From NCBI GenBank assembly GCA_015680685.1, contig MNCI01002795.1, positions 63,613 to 127,612 on the forward strand: a stretch of 64,000 nucleotides of DNA. The letters run 5' to 3'. The notes beneath the pieces are model-generated. The model saw only the letters and a program-made list of their open reading frames with translations. It was not told where the DNA came from and did no database searches. Positions 1 through 13,754 of this stretch are shown here, piece by piece (within the stretch, counting starts at the first letter, position 1; each line of letters opens with the position of its first letter). A program made the position numbers and the translations under genes. The DNA is from Gnetum montanum. Lineage: Eukaryota > Plantae > Gnetophyta.

Positions 1-370
1 TGAGTGGCTAACACTTTGAAACACAAAGCATTAAGATCTCATCGACCATTCAAAATGTCATTTCCATAACTATAACCATAATTTCAACATATGAAACTCA
101 TTGTTAACCCTCATGACCATTTCCTTATAGCCAAATATGGCCTTTACCCTTTGTTATCCCACCATAACCTTATCCAATCATGACAAGCACTCTTTGAAAT
201 GGTTCGACACTACTGAATTAAGCACAAAGAGGGAACATTGGTAATGTTTTGTATTCTTTGGCCATGTCTCTCAGGTCCATCCTCCAAACATCAACAAAGA
301 GGGACCAATAAAACACCACAAAAAAATTCATTTGGCAACCTTCACCATTAAACCTTAGATAAGATCTTAT

Positions 371-1535
371 TGTAAATGTAGGACTTGTAGCCCATGAGCT
401 ACAATCTTGCATACTTGAACTTTTGGGGCTAAAAATGCCTCATTAGTGGTGTAGCCTCACTTCCCAAGTAGAAAAAGTCATCTCATGTCTATATTTGGGT
501 TTGGGAAGGCTAAACATACCTTGGTAATTGTCAAATTTGGCATTTTCATGGGTTTTTGTGGGGGTATACACTCAACTACGCTAAAACCACCTACCCCTAG
601 CATAGATGGTGTTGGGTTTTCATTTTTTTAGCAAACCCTAGCATAGTCACCAATAAACCTACTGTAGCTACACACATCCAATTTTGAAGTTGTTGGGTTT
701 TCCATTTTCTCAGCAATGACCAACATAGACATCATATTTCCTAGCATTGATGCAATAAAAGCCAATGTAGCATCAAGAGTTTGTTTACTATTTTTAGTAC
801 CTGGTGTGATTTTGATGACCTTGGGTGTATCTAAACTTACCATAAATGGAAATACACTAAAGGTAAAAGGCCTACTACACTTGTGTATGATTTCAATCTA
901 TTAGCAATCATGGAAAAAAAATTGTAGCAACAAATTAAACACTAGCAGCCTATTTAAACAAAGTTCCAACACTTTGATAGAACTTTCTGGCAAATTGGCA
1001 ATTGATTGAGCATTGGAGACTCTCAATGCATTGCCCATTAGTAAAAGGTTAAGCATTTTATCATCATTTTTTACAACAAACTTAGTAGATTCACATCTAA
1101 GAACCAACAAGGAGGTTTTTGAAATTGGAGCTTAGAAGCACCTAGATTGTGCAACCGACTACAGAACATAACTTGAAAGTTTCACTAAACTTCAAGCACC
1201 ATTCGGCCACTCCTTGTGCATCTAGACATACATACTTGTACATCTTGAAACTCTACTTCTATAATATTTTTATTAGTTTAATAATAATAAGCAGGTCATT
1301 TATTTGTGCAAGTTTATTCCAAGTTTTAATTTTGTGCTTTTTCTTAGATTAGATCTACATATTTTCATTTAATTTGTTTGCATTATTTACAGTTCCTAAT
1401 TCCCTAAGTGATCAACAAGACTATCTAGGGTGCTTCAAATCCTCTTCTCAAAGGCCCTTGGGATTTGAAGTTAGGCTGTTTCACCTAGAATTTTTAGCTT
1501 TTTAGCAACCAAATTTTTTAGGCACTACATATTCC
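371..1535 (+). repeat. LTR-like/promoter segment, inverted homolog of 13755-14903
   Basis: Starts TGTAAATG and has a TATA-like AGCCTATTTAAAC at ~947. Blocks ~920-1030 and ~1393-1535 align by eye with the reverse complement of ~14250-14365 and ~13755-13897, with similar spacing. No clear PBS or TSD. Confidence 0.45.
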
Positions 1536-3951
1536 TTTCTCTTTTTTTAGAACAATTTTTTCTATTTCTTAAAGTGCTTCATTTTTTTATTTTTCTTATA
1601 TTTAAACTTGAATTTTTATTTTATTTTTTAAATTTTCTTTCTTTTTTAATGTTATGTTTTTTAATAAATAAAAGAGGTGAATCTAGTTGTTGTTGTGAAA
1701 GCAAGGTTTTATCTAGGTGAAAAGTGGTTTTTAAGTACCAAAAATAAGGTTTTTAGAAGAAAAAAAACATTAATTAACAAGCTGGAAAATTGATTTTTTT
1801 TTTAATTTTTTAATTTTTTTCATGATGTAGGGGCCACTTCCATAGCATATTGAAGTTTTTAAGGTACTTTGGTATAGTTTTTGGCTTGGATTTTTTGGTC
1901 CTTGGGGTTTTTCTCAAGGCTGTGCCTAGGTTTGGGTTACTTTGGAGCTTGTTTTGGTTGAGATGAAGTGCACCTTTGATTCATAAGCTAGCTTACCAAC
2001 TAATGAAATGTTTTTTAGTGTGATAAGTTTGGATGGTGGTGTGTTGAATATTTGTGACCTACCTTTTGACTTTTGAAATCACAATGTCAACACAAGAGCC
2101 TTGGGAATAAAAATTGCTAATTTTTTTGATAGCCAAACTAAGCCCAAATCATGCCCAAAACTTTCTCATGTTGGCATATATGTTGTGGTAGCCTAATTGG
2201 GATGAATACTAGAGTATTTAACTTTTATTTAAGAGTTTTAGGTGGTTTTGACTTGGTTTTTAACCTCCAATGACTTCCAAGGCAATGTTAGGGTTTTAGC
2301 ATTAAAATGTAAAGTTTTTGTGGTTAACATCAATAATTTTTTATTCATGGGTTGTAAGTATGCTAGAATATATGTTGGGCCAGAATAATAGGCTTAAACA
2401 CCAGTGTAATTGATCCACCTTGGTGAGTTTTGTCACTTTTCAATTTAGTTTTCCAAGCCATGGAGCTACCCATGTCAATGCCTAAGGTTGTGGATGAAAA
2501 TATGACATTCTAAGGCTGCATTGACCCTGGTAAATTCTTGAATCAATTTATAACTAGCTTATATTTTGTCCTACCATATTAAGCTCAAATTCTTAGTATA
2601 AGAACCAAATTTGACAACTCTCTAAGGTTTTTTGACAAGATTTTGACCCTTGTGTCTTCCTAAGGTAGCAGCTAGAGTTTTGGCATGGATCAAAATGAAT
2701 AAATTTTAATTTTTTGAGTGTTCTTACACTTTTTATTATGCTATGGTAGAATAATTAGCCTAAATCACAACTTAATAACCTTAAAATATTAGCATATAAG
2801 GTCTTTGAATGGAATTCTTACATTGGTGAAAATTGTTGAGAACATTCAATTTTTTCAATGGGTCATTTTGACATTTAGAACTTGAATTAATTGTGGAATA
2901 ATCTTGGTTATGATTAGTGTACATTGATAATAATTCTAGGATTCTTTTAGCTTGCTTTAATGTCAAAGGTTTGGTGGTTCTTATGTTAGGTGTAAGATTG
3001 AGTTGAAGGCCCAACGTCTTGTGATAAAAGTAAAAACTTGTCCTAGGAACTTGAGTGTACAAGGCCTTTCATTAATTATTCTAGTTTAAGACAAAGGTAA
3101 AAGGGTATTTCTTAGTTTTCAAAGGAATTTTGATCATTATTGCTTAAAGGTCCTACACATAAGACTTTCTTCCACACTAAAATCTCAATGTTGAAACCAA
3201 TTCCACCACATCTCTCCAAGTGTTAGTGCCTAGAATCTTTAGTGGTGCTCAACAAGCTTGATTCACCTCACCTTCCTAGCCATCCTTGCTCATAATAACC
3301 TCTATTCATAATGTTGTAAGGTCAAGGGATCTTAGGTCATTTTCTCACCATTTTCTAGGGGAAAAACTTTATCATCTTCGACAATAATGGGTAACAAGAA
3401 AGTAGGATCTCTGAGCTGAAATCCCATCTTGGATGAGATAGAGGAAGCTACCCAAGTGATCTCTTTTCTACCAAATCATAGTCCTAATGAAGGATTTTCA
3501 AGGACCAAGTTCTTGCCATTTTTCTTAATTTTTTTCAAATTTGTGAAAATTTTTTTCCATATCTAGGTTTACCTAGGCTGAATTTTTTCGATAAGATTAC
3601 ATCAAATGTCAAATCTAGGCTTTTTCATGGTATTAGGGTTGAATTATTAGTTTTGGTAATAAATTTATGCAAATTTGAATTTTTTATCACACTTATGCTC
3701 AGCATTTTTAGCCTGTATTGTTGAATTTTAACTTAAGTTTGTTAATTTTTTTCTAGGTTGTATATGATGGAATTTTATAGTTTTGAGCTTGTGGGTTTCT
3801 TGTATGTTCTAAGGCTATTCTAGAGGTGGAATTATAAATTTTTGAAAATTTTCATTGAATTTTTTCTTTGTAAAATCATGCTTAAGCTAGAAAAAATTGG
3901 TTAGAAACTAGCAAAACTTTTGTTTTGTTTGTTTGTTTGTTTGTTTGTTTN

Positions 3952-3991
<40 letters not shown>

Positions 3992-4987
3992 AACTAGATT
4001 ACAGTGTTTTCAATTAATCATGGTTACCTAGTACTTTTTCTATGTACAAAAAGTCAAAAAAAATTTAAAAAATTCTATAGTGTTTTTTCTAAGCCTAGAA
4101 TGTTACAACGGTTACTTTGCAATTTTTACATGCATAATGTGATTATCTGACTAAGTTTGGGCAACGTTGGACATAAGGGTTGGTTGGGATTTTCCATGCG
4201 CATGATTAGTGTATGGTATTAGTTGTTTTTGATGCCACAACATAATTTAGTTTTTGGGTTTTGTAGTGGTAAGGTTTGGGAGTGTATGATCTCCAAAACA
4301 TAGCAAAACTTTTGTTCTTTCCCTCCACCTCATCCTCAATTTTCAAGCTTTACCTAGCTTGTTGATCATGGCTTCATGGAAAAATCCACCCTTCGATAGC
4401 CAACATTGTCACTTTGGCTAAAATTTGTTATAAGAATTTTAGTTTCAAGGTAAATATTTGTAATTATGCTAGCTTGAAGGCTTCATGAATTAAGTGTTTG
4501 TGGAAATGTTTAAAATTAGTTACAAAGTAGTTTTTCATGTAATAAACTTGTTTATTAAAGTGTTGATTTTGGTTTTGAAGCCTATAGCTATCTCATGGAA
4601 ATGTTGGTATTGAAGAGTTACTTTTAGTTGAAACTTAGTTAATTTTTGTTATCAAAGTTTAATGGTTTTTCCATGGTCTAATGATCATGTGTTTTGATTA
4701 CATGTAGGGCTTTTTTGAAACCCATCTTGGTGGTTATTAAATTTGTGGGAATCCTATGCTTCACGGGAGTCATCACACAAAGCAGCTTGAGACCTAGCTT
4801 CCACCTTGAAAAGAGCACCCTAATATGGTTTAGACCCAATGCTAAAGAATTTATGAGATACCTACTATACAACTATAGTTTTCATTATTGAAATCCTTTT
4901 TCCTAAATGTTCTAATTACATTCTAAAAGACTAAATACACTCATTTGGTGAGTTTTAAGTATTTATTTAAAATTTAGAACATGCTAG

Positions 4988-7900
4988 AGTATTCCCAATA
5001 TAATATCAACAACACCTTTCTCATTAGCCATCGAACCAATACTCACTTCCAAAAGCCCTAAGAATTGTTTACCTACTTGAAATGTAAGTTTTGTTTTATG
5101 TTTTAAACTCATTTTTGGTTTTAATTCTGATGATATTTGTATAAATATTTTTATGTTTGATTTTCTTGTAGGTATACGATGAACCGTGAAGGGTTGGTTA
5201 AGAATGACCAAACTTTGTCTTTAGCTCATATAACTTTAGAGGTCTTTAGGCATGACATAGTTGTAAGAGTGCAAGTGCTTAATAAACTTGGCAATGAGTT
5301 TAGTGGACACATCAAACAATATTCTAATATATATCAACTAAGTTTATCCAATAAATGTGCACATAAGTGGTGGTTTAGTGCAGATTTTTGAGCATCCATG
5401 ACACTTTTGTCTAAGGTATTAGCCATGCCTCCACTTGGTAAGTAAAAATAATTAGAGCATGGTTAACATTTTTGTTTGTTTTTTAAATTTTTCTTTTTAG
5501 TTTTTTAGTTTTATGGATTTCTAAATTTTTCAATTTTTTAGTTTTAATTTGACTAATGGATTGATTGTGTCATCTTGTAGATTCCATACGAGAGTTCATG
5601 CTTGTTGTCACTATTTTAGATCATGCTACGAAGAGAATTCAACTCAAGTGGAACAAAGTGGAGGTCTCGTAGTAGTCATTGGAAGACAAGCCTCCATTAG
5701 ATCTTCAACAAAGTTTAATTGATGCTAGTTTATATGATTTATTTATGTTTCATCGCCCATCCATGTCATCTATTGAAATGTTAAATGTGATTAGCTCCTT
5801 TGATAAGAATGTCACCAAATTTTTCACTCATGTTCATGGTGTCCCTATAGTTTTGAGCATTAGTGAGTTCATGTTTAATGATATCTTTGGCATACCTTCC
5901 GATGGTATCAAGGTTGTTGATAGAGTAGGGAAAGATTCAAGTATTCATAAGAAATTAGAGTCTTGGTTGAACTCTCCTCTTAGTTCTCTATATCCTTTTA
6001 ACAAATGTAAAGATAAAGAAGCAAATCAAACCTATTCTCATTTCCACTATAGAGCTTTTCCCTTGTTTTAATCTCAAAAGAAATTTTTTTGGTTTTAACA
6101 GGCTTGGACAATGAAGAAACTTTTAATGGATGGTATTTTATTCAATTGGGATACCTTCTTGGTTAATGGGCTACAGGAGAAAATTAGAAAACTCCTCAAT
6201 AACCTTGATTGTACTTGTCATGTTCACTTCACTTTCTTTAGTGCATATTTTAGGAGGTTTGCAGAGTTTCTAGTGTTCAAGAGAGATGGAAAATGGGTTG
6301 GATGTAATACCTCTAAGCTCTCTAGACCATGAGCAAAACATGTTATAAGCATTATGCATTATGACAATGCACTTGCAAAGGATGTGGGTGAGTCACTATC
6401 TATTACCACTAAGAATGTTAGTGGTATATGTGATTATTCCCTTGATAGCATGGGAGCTAAGCCTCATGATACCCAAAAGAACATAAAGGAGGCAAAATAG
6501 TTTCGGGTTAAAGCAGAAGGTGTTGTTAGAGAGAAAATAAAAATTCCTTGTGTTGGAGAAAACATTAAAGTTCCAAATAAGCTAACTCCTGAGAAGATAA
6601 TCCTTAAGCTTAACAATCCAAATTAGGCCATTGGTGGTATGTATACATTTATTCTTGTCTTTAAATTACATGTTTTTCTTTAGGTTTATTTTTGTTTTTT
6701 TTTAGTGTTCACTAACTTATTTTATATTATTGGTGGTTGTTCTTTTGTTGTAGGGAGATAACAAGAGTTGGTTACCCAAGTTGCCGCCATTGTAGCAAAA
6801 GAGCAATGACACAAGGAGGAGGAGGAGGAGTAAAGATAACCTATGGGGGCCTTAGATGCACTAGATACCATTCTAGATGATCTTCCCTTGAAGGACAACC
6901 CTCCAATAATCATAACTCCTAACCTCCCTTGTTTTTCTTTTTTAATATTTTTATATTTTGATTTAACTTATTACAATGTTGACTTGTTGTAGCCATCAAA
7001 TTATGTGAACCTTGTAGGAAATCCACATTCCATGCTAAGCCTTGGGTGGAGGCCCCAAACAAAATGGACTTTATGAAAGGAATGATGGATGATATGGTTG
7101 AGAGGTTTCAACAAATTGTCCCCGATGTTGGTAAGATAAAGTATATTTACTTTTGCATTGTTAAAGCATTTTAAGGTTACATGGTTTTAGGAGATTTTTT
7201 TTCTTTATATTTAGGTTATTTTATGTTTTTTAGTTATTATTTTATTTAATGATTCTTGTGTTTTGTATTTTTTGTTTTATTATAGTTTCCAAAGGTGGAA
7301 TCCCTCAAGAAAGTATGAATTGGATGAATTCCTTGAAGTTCCTTCTGATCTGAAAAATTTTCCACCTAGGTTGTATGAAGGGACAACAAAAATGTGCTAC
7401 AACTTATGTAAAAATATTTTGGGAGTCCTAGTGTACAAATGAGTTCTTGTTTGAATGAATTGCAGCATTCGAAAAGGAAAACAAGGGACTAAAATTCAAG
7501 GTTATGAGCCTTGAAGATCAGAAAAAATTCATAGAGGCACATGTTGAAAATAGGGATCCTTTGCATACAAAGGAGATTGAGTGGTTTCATTATTGGAGTA
7601 TCATCCAAGGAAAAATTTCTCTAACCAGAAGCAATGTTGGAAAAGACATGCAAATAGATCTCTTGGTTCATAAATCAAAGGAATGGCAAGACTACTATTC
7701 ATGGATGTTAGAATGGGGAAGGCAACAAAAGGCACATAAAAGGTTATACAAAGCGAAAAAGGCCAACTCTGTTAGGTTATACAAAGTGGAAAAGGCCAAC
7801 TCTGTAAGTACAAAATTCTTGTATAAGGGATCAATGTAGAGGATACTTACATGTTATTTTTAGAATCATTAGTTGTTGCTAATTCTCCTAGCCCTCAAAT

Positions 7901-8348
7901 CAAGACTGTATCTGGTGAGATGATCATCACTGATTTTTTCCATGCCCATCACTAATTTTTTCCATGCCCCACCTAAGTGGACAGAAATATAGAGGGGAAA
8001 AATCTTAGCAATAGTGGATCTTGGAGACAGTGACTAGGTGAACATGAGTAAAGAACAAATTCTTCATAGATTAGAGAAAGGGCTTCAAAGATTTAACCCA
8101 AAAGATATAGCTCATGAGTTCCCTAAGTTTTGTGTAATTAGTGTTTAAAATTTTATAGTTTTGTTTTATTTAGTTTATGTTATCACATAGTTATGTTATA
8201 TTTTTATTATTTTTGGTTATTATGATCACTAATTATTTGTATGTTTTATTGTTTATAGGTTCTAGGCAATAAAGATGATAACACTAATAAAGGTGCTAAT
8301 AGTTTGGATGATATTGATGATGACATCCCTCATCCTCTTGTTGCCTAG
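4988..8348 (+). pseudogene. Decayed multi-exon transposon accessory gene, possibly related to PMD or putative plant transposon protein (Transposase_32)
   Basis: GT-AG introns with T-rich interiors at 5084-5171, 5438-5580, 6637-6753, 7131-7285 and ~8134-8258, plus one with a degenerate donor ending at 6992. Exons contain the ORF fragments 5679-6071 (VHGVPIVLSISEFMFNDIFGIPSDG), 6111-6332 (GILFNWDTFLVNGL) and 7504-7839. Ends DDIDDDIPHPLVA-stop. Many in-frame stops. Confidence 0.55.
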
Positions 8349-11000
8349 TTTTGGTTATAGCTAGACATGTGACACTTTGTTATTTTTGTTACTTATTATA
8401 AGTGGTTTTTATATGTTGCCTACTATAGCCCTTAGGACTATGTATTGCCATTATCCCTTTTATTATTGGGTTATATGTTGCACAATGCAACTATGGCTAT
8501 GAGACACGGATGTTACTATTTTATTGTTTGTCACATAGTGTGACTATTATAAGTAGTTTAGTTTTATGATACTTTAAATCTTGTATATTATTATTTTTAG
8601 TCTAGATTTATATTTTTGTTGCATAAAAGGGCTACACATTAAGATGACATGGTTCCAAAATGAAGTAAGATTATAAAACAAGGTATAATTGAAAATAAGC
8701 AAGAAAATGATTTATGACATACACATAAAAAAAAGGAAAAGGAAAATGTGAATTTACCAATTTTAGGCCTTAGCAGGTCACTAGTTGAGGCTCTTTTTTT
8801 GAATTTTAGTTTTGTGTTTTGCTAATTTTTTATGCTATTTTATAGTTCTAAGTAAACATAAAAGAAGACATGAATTGTAATGTAATGCAGAAATGAAAAG
8901 TAAGGCTATTTAATAACAGAAAAATATAATGTAATAAGGAAAAAGCTNAGAAAAGTAAGGCTATTTAATAACAGAAAAATATAATGTAATAAGGAAAAAG
9001 CTTAAAAATAGAAGCGAAACATGTAAGTAAAATAGAAAACAACGTTATAGATTAAAATATTACACCATATCATACAAGGTTGAGCATGTAGAAATCATAC
9101 ACAATTGCACAACTATTTTATGATCTTCAAGATATTAGGGAATGTGTAGGCTCTATGTTGCATAATTTTTTACTCTTTCATCCCCTTCACTAACAATGTT
9201 AAATAGGATCTCATCCCATGTTTCGATCATGACCTCTACATTGTTGTTCTTGATTTTCTTAACATCATTTTGGTTCTTTGTTTTGTTTTGGATTACAAGA
9301 GTTTCTTCTTGAAACTCCACCTCGAAGCCCTATTCTATACCAATATTATTAACAAATAATGGGATCATGCAGTATCCATGAATGATAATTTCACCTTCCT
9401 CATAAGGTAGGTGAATTTCCTAATGAACTGGAGAAGAGACTACTCATAATTTTACTAAATAGGATCTTCCAAGGATTAGATTAAATCCTATCATCTTTTC
9501 TACTACTAGGAAATCAACAAAGGTTGGGAATTGTTCTCTAGCTACAAAGTTAAGTGAAATAGACCCCTTTATAGTCCCTCATGATCCTTTAAATGATTTA
9601 AGGATGAAGTTGAGGTGTTTTGCATGTGCTCCACCAAGCCTAACTACTCCACAATTAAAAAGTGTATGACATTTGTAGCTATCACATCATCTACATGCAT
9701 CTAGTGCACCTTGTATTGGCCCATTCTTATCATTATAAACAAAGGAGCTTTTGACATGTCACCATTTTCTGAGTTGATTTTGACCTCACTTTCTTGAAGT
9801 GTTAAGGTGTTTAACTTAATCTTTTCCCTAGGTAAGGAAGGAACCATCATTGCATGGATGGACTCTTCATTGGTAGGGATATTTTCACCTATGGGAATAG
9901 CTACCAACATCTTAACTAAGGCTTTGTAGTGAGCATGGGAAGTCATAACTAGATCATATGGGCTCAGGGAAGTGTTTTTTCTACTTGAGTGAAAGTTTAA
10001 TCTAATCCATGGTAGTGAGGAATTCTTTATCATTGATAGATGTTTTATTGTTCTTACTAACTTTGAATTCTTCCATTCTACCTAGGAGTTTGATCTCATG
10101 CTTCAAGAATTTTTGTTAAGCTTCCTTTGTTTTTTTTTTCCTATTTTTGGTTATCTCCTTTATTTTTGTTTGATGTAGGTTGTGCATTTGTGTCCATGGG
10201 TATAACTAAAATTTAAGTAGAATTAGATGGGCCTACTTTGTTCCACACATTTAGGAGATCATTGTCCTTAGCCTTAAGCTTTAGAGTTAATTCCTTACAT
10301 TTCTTTTGAGGTGGTTTCTTCTCATTTTGTTAAGAAGAAGTTCAAGAGTTGGCTATTGCAAGAGGTCATTGGTCGTTTTGGCTTATAGGTGTAGATGTAG
10401 GGGGTACTATAATTAAAAAATGAGCCTTTGGAGATGGAACTCTTATAATAAATAGAGATATAGCACTTGTTGAAGTTTGTTCATTACAAGGGGATATCTT
10501 AACCACCAATGGTGCCTTGATGGTTTTAGACTTATCATTGATGTTGAAGGTGGCACTAGTAAATGGTTCGTTATTAGCATTAAGGAGGTATTTGTACACT
10601 TATATCAATTGATTTTAGTGCTTGACTAGGTTTGAAGCATCTAAAATTAACTTTCCACTATCTATCATCTCTTGCAACTCATCTTCTAAGGCCAAGAAAA
10701 AATTAGTGTCATGACCTAGCAACTGGGCAGTATTGGCAGAATCATTCTAACTTGAAGTGTTTTAGTACAAGTGGATCATCCTTTGTTGCTATCAAGGATT
10801 TTTAGCAATCTTACATGAGCAATCATGCCTCTTTTGAGCATTCTTATATTGTTTCTTATATTGTATGTGATTACTCTTTAGTAACTTATTGAGAAGCTCC
10901 AATGGTTTTACTAGAAGTCTAGTGTACTTCAACCTAAATTTTCACTCCAAGTTAGGTTTCATTGGGTAAGATGTTGATGCCTAGATGTTGAAGTTTGAGA

Positions 11001-11482
11001 GGTGGTGGTAGGGAGCTTAGGTTATGTTGTTTTGGGCCCCTATGTTTTTTCTTTTTTCTTTTTGTTTCTTTAGGCATTGTGGCCATCACTAGGTGATTTT
11101 GTTTCCCCTTATCTTAATCCTTTCTTGTATGTTGGTTTTTACATGCTATATAAGTTGGATCATTACTTCCCTCAGTAGCATTTTCTATGTTTTTTGTTTA
11201 GGAGAAAGCTTAACTAAGGAACTATAGGTATAGCTGATATAGGGATGGTGGTAGAGACCTTATGTTATGTTGTTTTGGGCCCCTATGTCTTTTTTTCTTT
11301 TTTGTTTCTTTAGCCACTATGGCCATGGCTAGGTGATTTTGTTTTCCCTTATCTTGATCCTTTCTTGTATGTTGATTTTTACATGCTATATAAGCTAGAT
11401 CATTACTTCCCTTAGTAGCATTCTCTATGTTTTTTGTTTATGAGAAAGCTTAACTAAGTAACTGTGGGTCTAGATGATATAG
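11001..11482. repeat. ~243 bp tandem duplication within gag
   Basis: GGTGGTAG...GTTATGTTGTTTTGGGCCCCTATG...GAGAAAGCTTAACTAAG occurs twice in tandem, starting ~11001 and ~11244. Confidence 0.9.
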
Positions 11483-12280
11483 TTTAGACTTGATAAAATT
11501 TTTGATTTCTCCCTTGAAGATGGTCAAAAGATGCATTTTAGTGATGGGTTTAGGAATCTCATTAAGGAGAGCATTTCATAACTGTATGAATGTCTAAAAA
11601 GGTTCAAGAGGCCCCTGCTTAACTTTCATATGTTGATCAAGTGTTGTGTCATGTTTCAAATTATACTTAAAATGGTTAACAAATTAGATGATCAAATCCT
11701 CTAAGAATATAGTAGAACCTCTAGGTAGGGCACAATACCAATCCAAGGCTTCCTTGTTTAAAGAAATAGGGAAGTAACACATCATGGTATAAGACTAACT
11801 TTGCAACAACAAGCACTTAGAGTAGAAGGTGATGAAGTGTGAGTTTGGATCACCCTTACTATTATACTTAGTAAATTGGGGGGATAGGAATGCCCATAAG
11901 AAGAGTTATTTAAGGGATGATAGGACTAATGGGTTCATCTTGGTAGAAGTCCATGATCTTGACAATCTAGTGGTTTAGGCTTTAAGCTTTTGTATATCTT
12001 TAGTGAGGTCCTAGATCATCTAGAAGGCTTGATCCAAGCCTTGGAAAATCCTTGTAGGTTGTGGTGTTTGGAAAAATGGCTATGGAGGGAGTTAAGAGGC
12101 TTGGGGTTGTGCAATAGACATTGGTGTTAATGACAAAGACTAGGTGATCATTGTGGTGGGAGAGTTAAATAAAGAAAATGAGGTTTGCATTGGGACTTGA
12201 GGGATGAAAGGGAAAAAGGGTGTGTGTTGGGGTCTCAAGAAGGGGTTCGTTGGGATAGAGAAAGAAGGTTGTGTGAAGGA

Positions 12281-12630
12281 TACCACCAATGATGGCCACA
12301 AAAAATGAGGTTGAATTGCAAATGACATCATAGAGAACAAGGATACACAATGGGCTGCTAACTAGGACTAGTGCACTGCTATAATGAGCATTGAGGTGAA
12401 CATGGTAGAGAGAAAGGGAGTAGACCAAAGGGGCTTGAGTTATTAAGGACATTAGTAATACCACCAGCGATGGCCACACAAAATGGGGTTGAGTTGCAAA
12501 TGACATCATAGAGAATAGGGATACACAATGGACTACTTACTAGGACTAGTGCACTGCTATAATGAGTGTTGAGATGAACATAGTAGAGAAAAAGGGAGTA
12601 GAATGAGGAGTTGACTTATTGAGGACATTA
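12281..12630. repeat. ~178 bp tandem duplication in the gag N-terminal region
   Basis: TACCACCA..GATGGCCACA...GCAAATGACATCATAGAGAA...CTAGGACTAGTGCACTGCTATAATGAG starts at 12281 and again at 12459. Confidence 0.9.
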
Positions 12631-13278
12631 GGGATGTAGAGTTAGGGGTAGTTTCTTTTGGGGCTAACAATTAAAATAGGCTACCTATGAGTGTGTTTGC
12701 TTCATGTTCTACCTCAAATTCATCTTGGTCTTCCTAGTTTTCATCTAAACTAGTCTTCTCACTCACCTCCTCTAACTCTACAAGTTGTGCTAGCATGCAT
12801 GTGTGAAACTCTGTAATTTCAATATGGTCATAAGAGGAAGGAATGTACTCCTTTCCATTTCAATGAATGGTCTTGAATTGACATTAATTTACACTTTGAT
12901 TTCATGTGTAAAATGGAAAGGCTAGCTAGCATGTTATCACATATGAAGTTATAATATTCATGCAGGATGGATCTAATCCTAGTTGTCTAAGGGATTGCCT
13001 ACACTTCACTATGGTAGGATTCTTGGAATCATAGATATGAATAGAGTCTTTGCTAGAGGTCGGGTGCACTATGTTGTGTAGTAGAACTATTGAACATTGA
13101 AAAGGCATAAATTGTATGAAACTAACACATTGGATCAACTTTGAACTAAGCTACTAACATTTAATGAAGGGTAGAAGCCTTTAGCATAAATAACTTTAGC
13201 TTATAAAGCTTTCAACTTTTATAAAAGCTTATGTGAGTTTTTAGCTTATAAAGCTTTCAGCTTCCATACCTACAATAG

Positions 13279-13460
13279 CCTTAGTGTATAAGCTAGAACT
13301 TCCTTAGCATATAAGCTAGAACTACTTTAGCGGATAAGCCAAAATTGCCTAAGCATTTAAGCTAGAATTACCTTAGCATATAAGCTGAAATTTCCTCAGC
13401 ATACAAGTTGGAATTACCTAAGAATATAAGCTATAATTTCCTTAGCATATAAGCAAGAAA
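13279..13460. repeat. 23 bp minisatellite, about 8 copies, in the retroelement leader
   Basis: Consensus CCTTAGCATATAAGCTAGAATTA repeated with substitutions. Confidence 0.8.
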
Positions 13461-13630
13461 ATTTATGAGAAAATTTAAAAAATTTACGAAATTTTCTAGG
13501 CATAATTAGGCTGGCTTCAAATAAGCTAACTGCAAAACTAGTAATTAAGCTAGCTTAAACAATAGAAATACATAGAAACCTATAAATATGCTAATAATTA
13601 AGCTAGCATGTAGATATGATAAAAATTAGG

Positions 13631-13634
<4 letters not shown>

Positions 13635-13670
<36 letters not shown>
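13635..13670. repeat. (TA)n microsatellite
   Basis: Pure TA run. Confidence 0.95.
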
Positions 13671-13672
<2 letters not shown>

Positions 13673-13754
13673 AAATAGGAGCAAAACTATAAATACATTA
13701 TCAAATATGTTGGCTTATGATAAAGAATTTAAGCAAAGGCTTTTCTTCTAGTAG

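Larger units (their letters stand above)
9370..12850 (-). mobile_element. Ogre/Tat-like Gypsy gag-protease remnant with no RT/RH/INT downstream
   Basis: Gag core PQFTKYNSKGDPNSHF...FPISLNKEALDWYCALP...FVNHFKYN (~11660-11885). GHDT...LALEDELQEMIDSGKL zinc-knuckle region (~10650-10740). Retropepsin APLFI...VDDVIATNVI...VDFLVVEKMIGFNLILGRSYL...VVSSPVH (~9400-9750). Confidence 0.8.

Noticed and set aside
3920-3989. (TTTG)n plus long poly-T as a retroposon tail
   Set aside because: Contains a gap N, so the length is unreliable, and no associated element or TSD was seen.
8895-9003. Exact ~55 bp tandem duplication
   Set aside because: The copies are separated by a single N, so this is most likely a contig-overlap assembly artefact.
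13279-13460. Regular short repeats as a CRISPR array
   Set aside because: The units are contiguous with no unique spacers, the context is a eukaryotic TE, and there are no cas genes.
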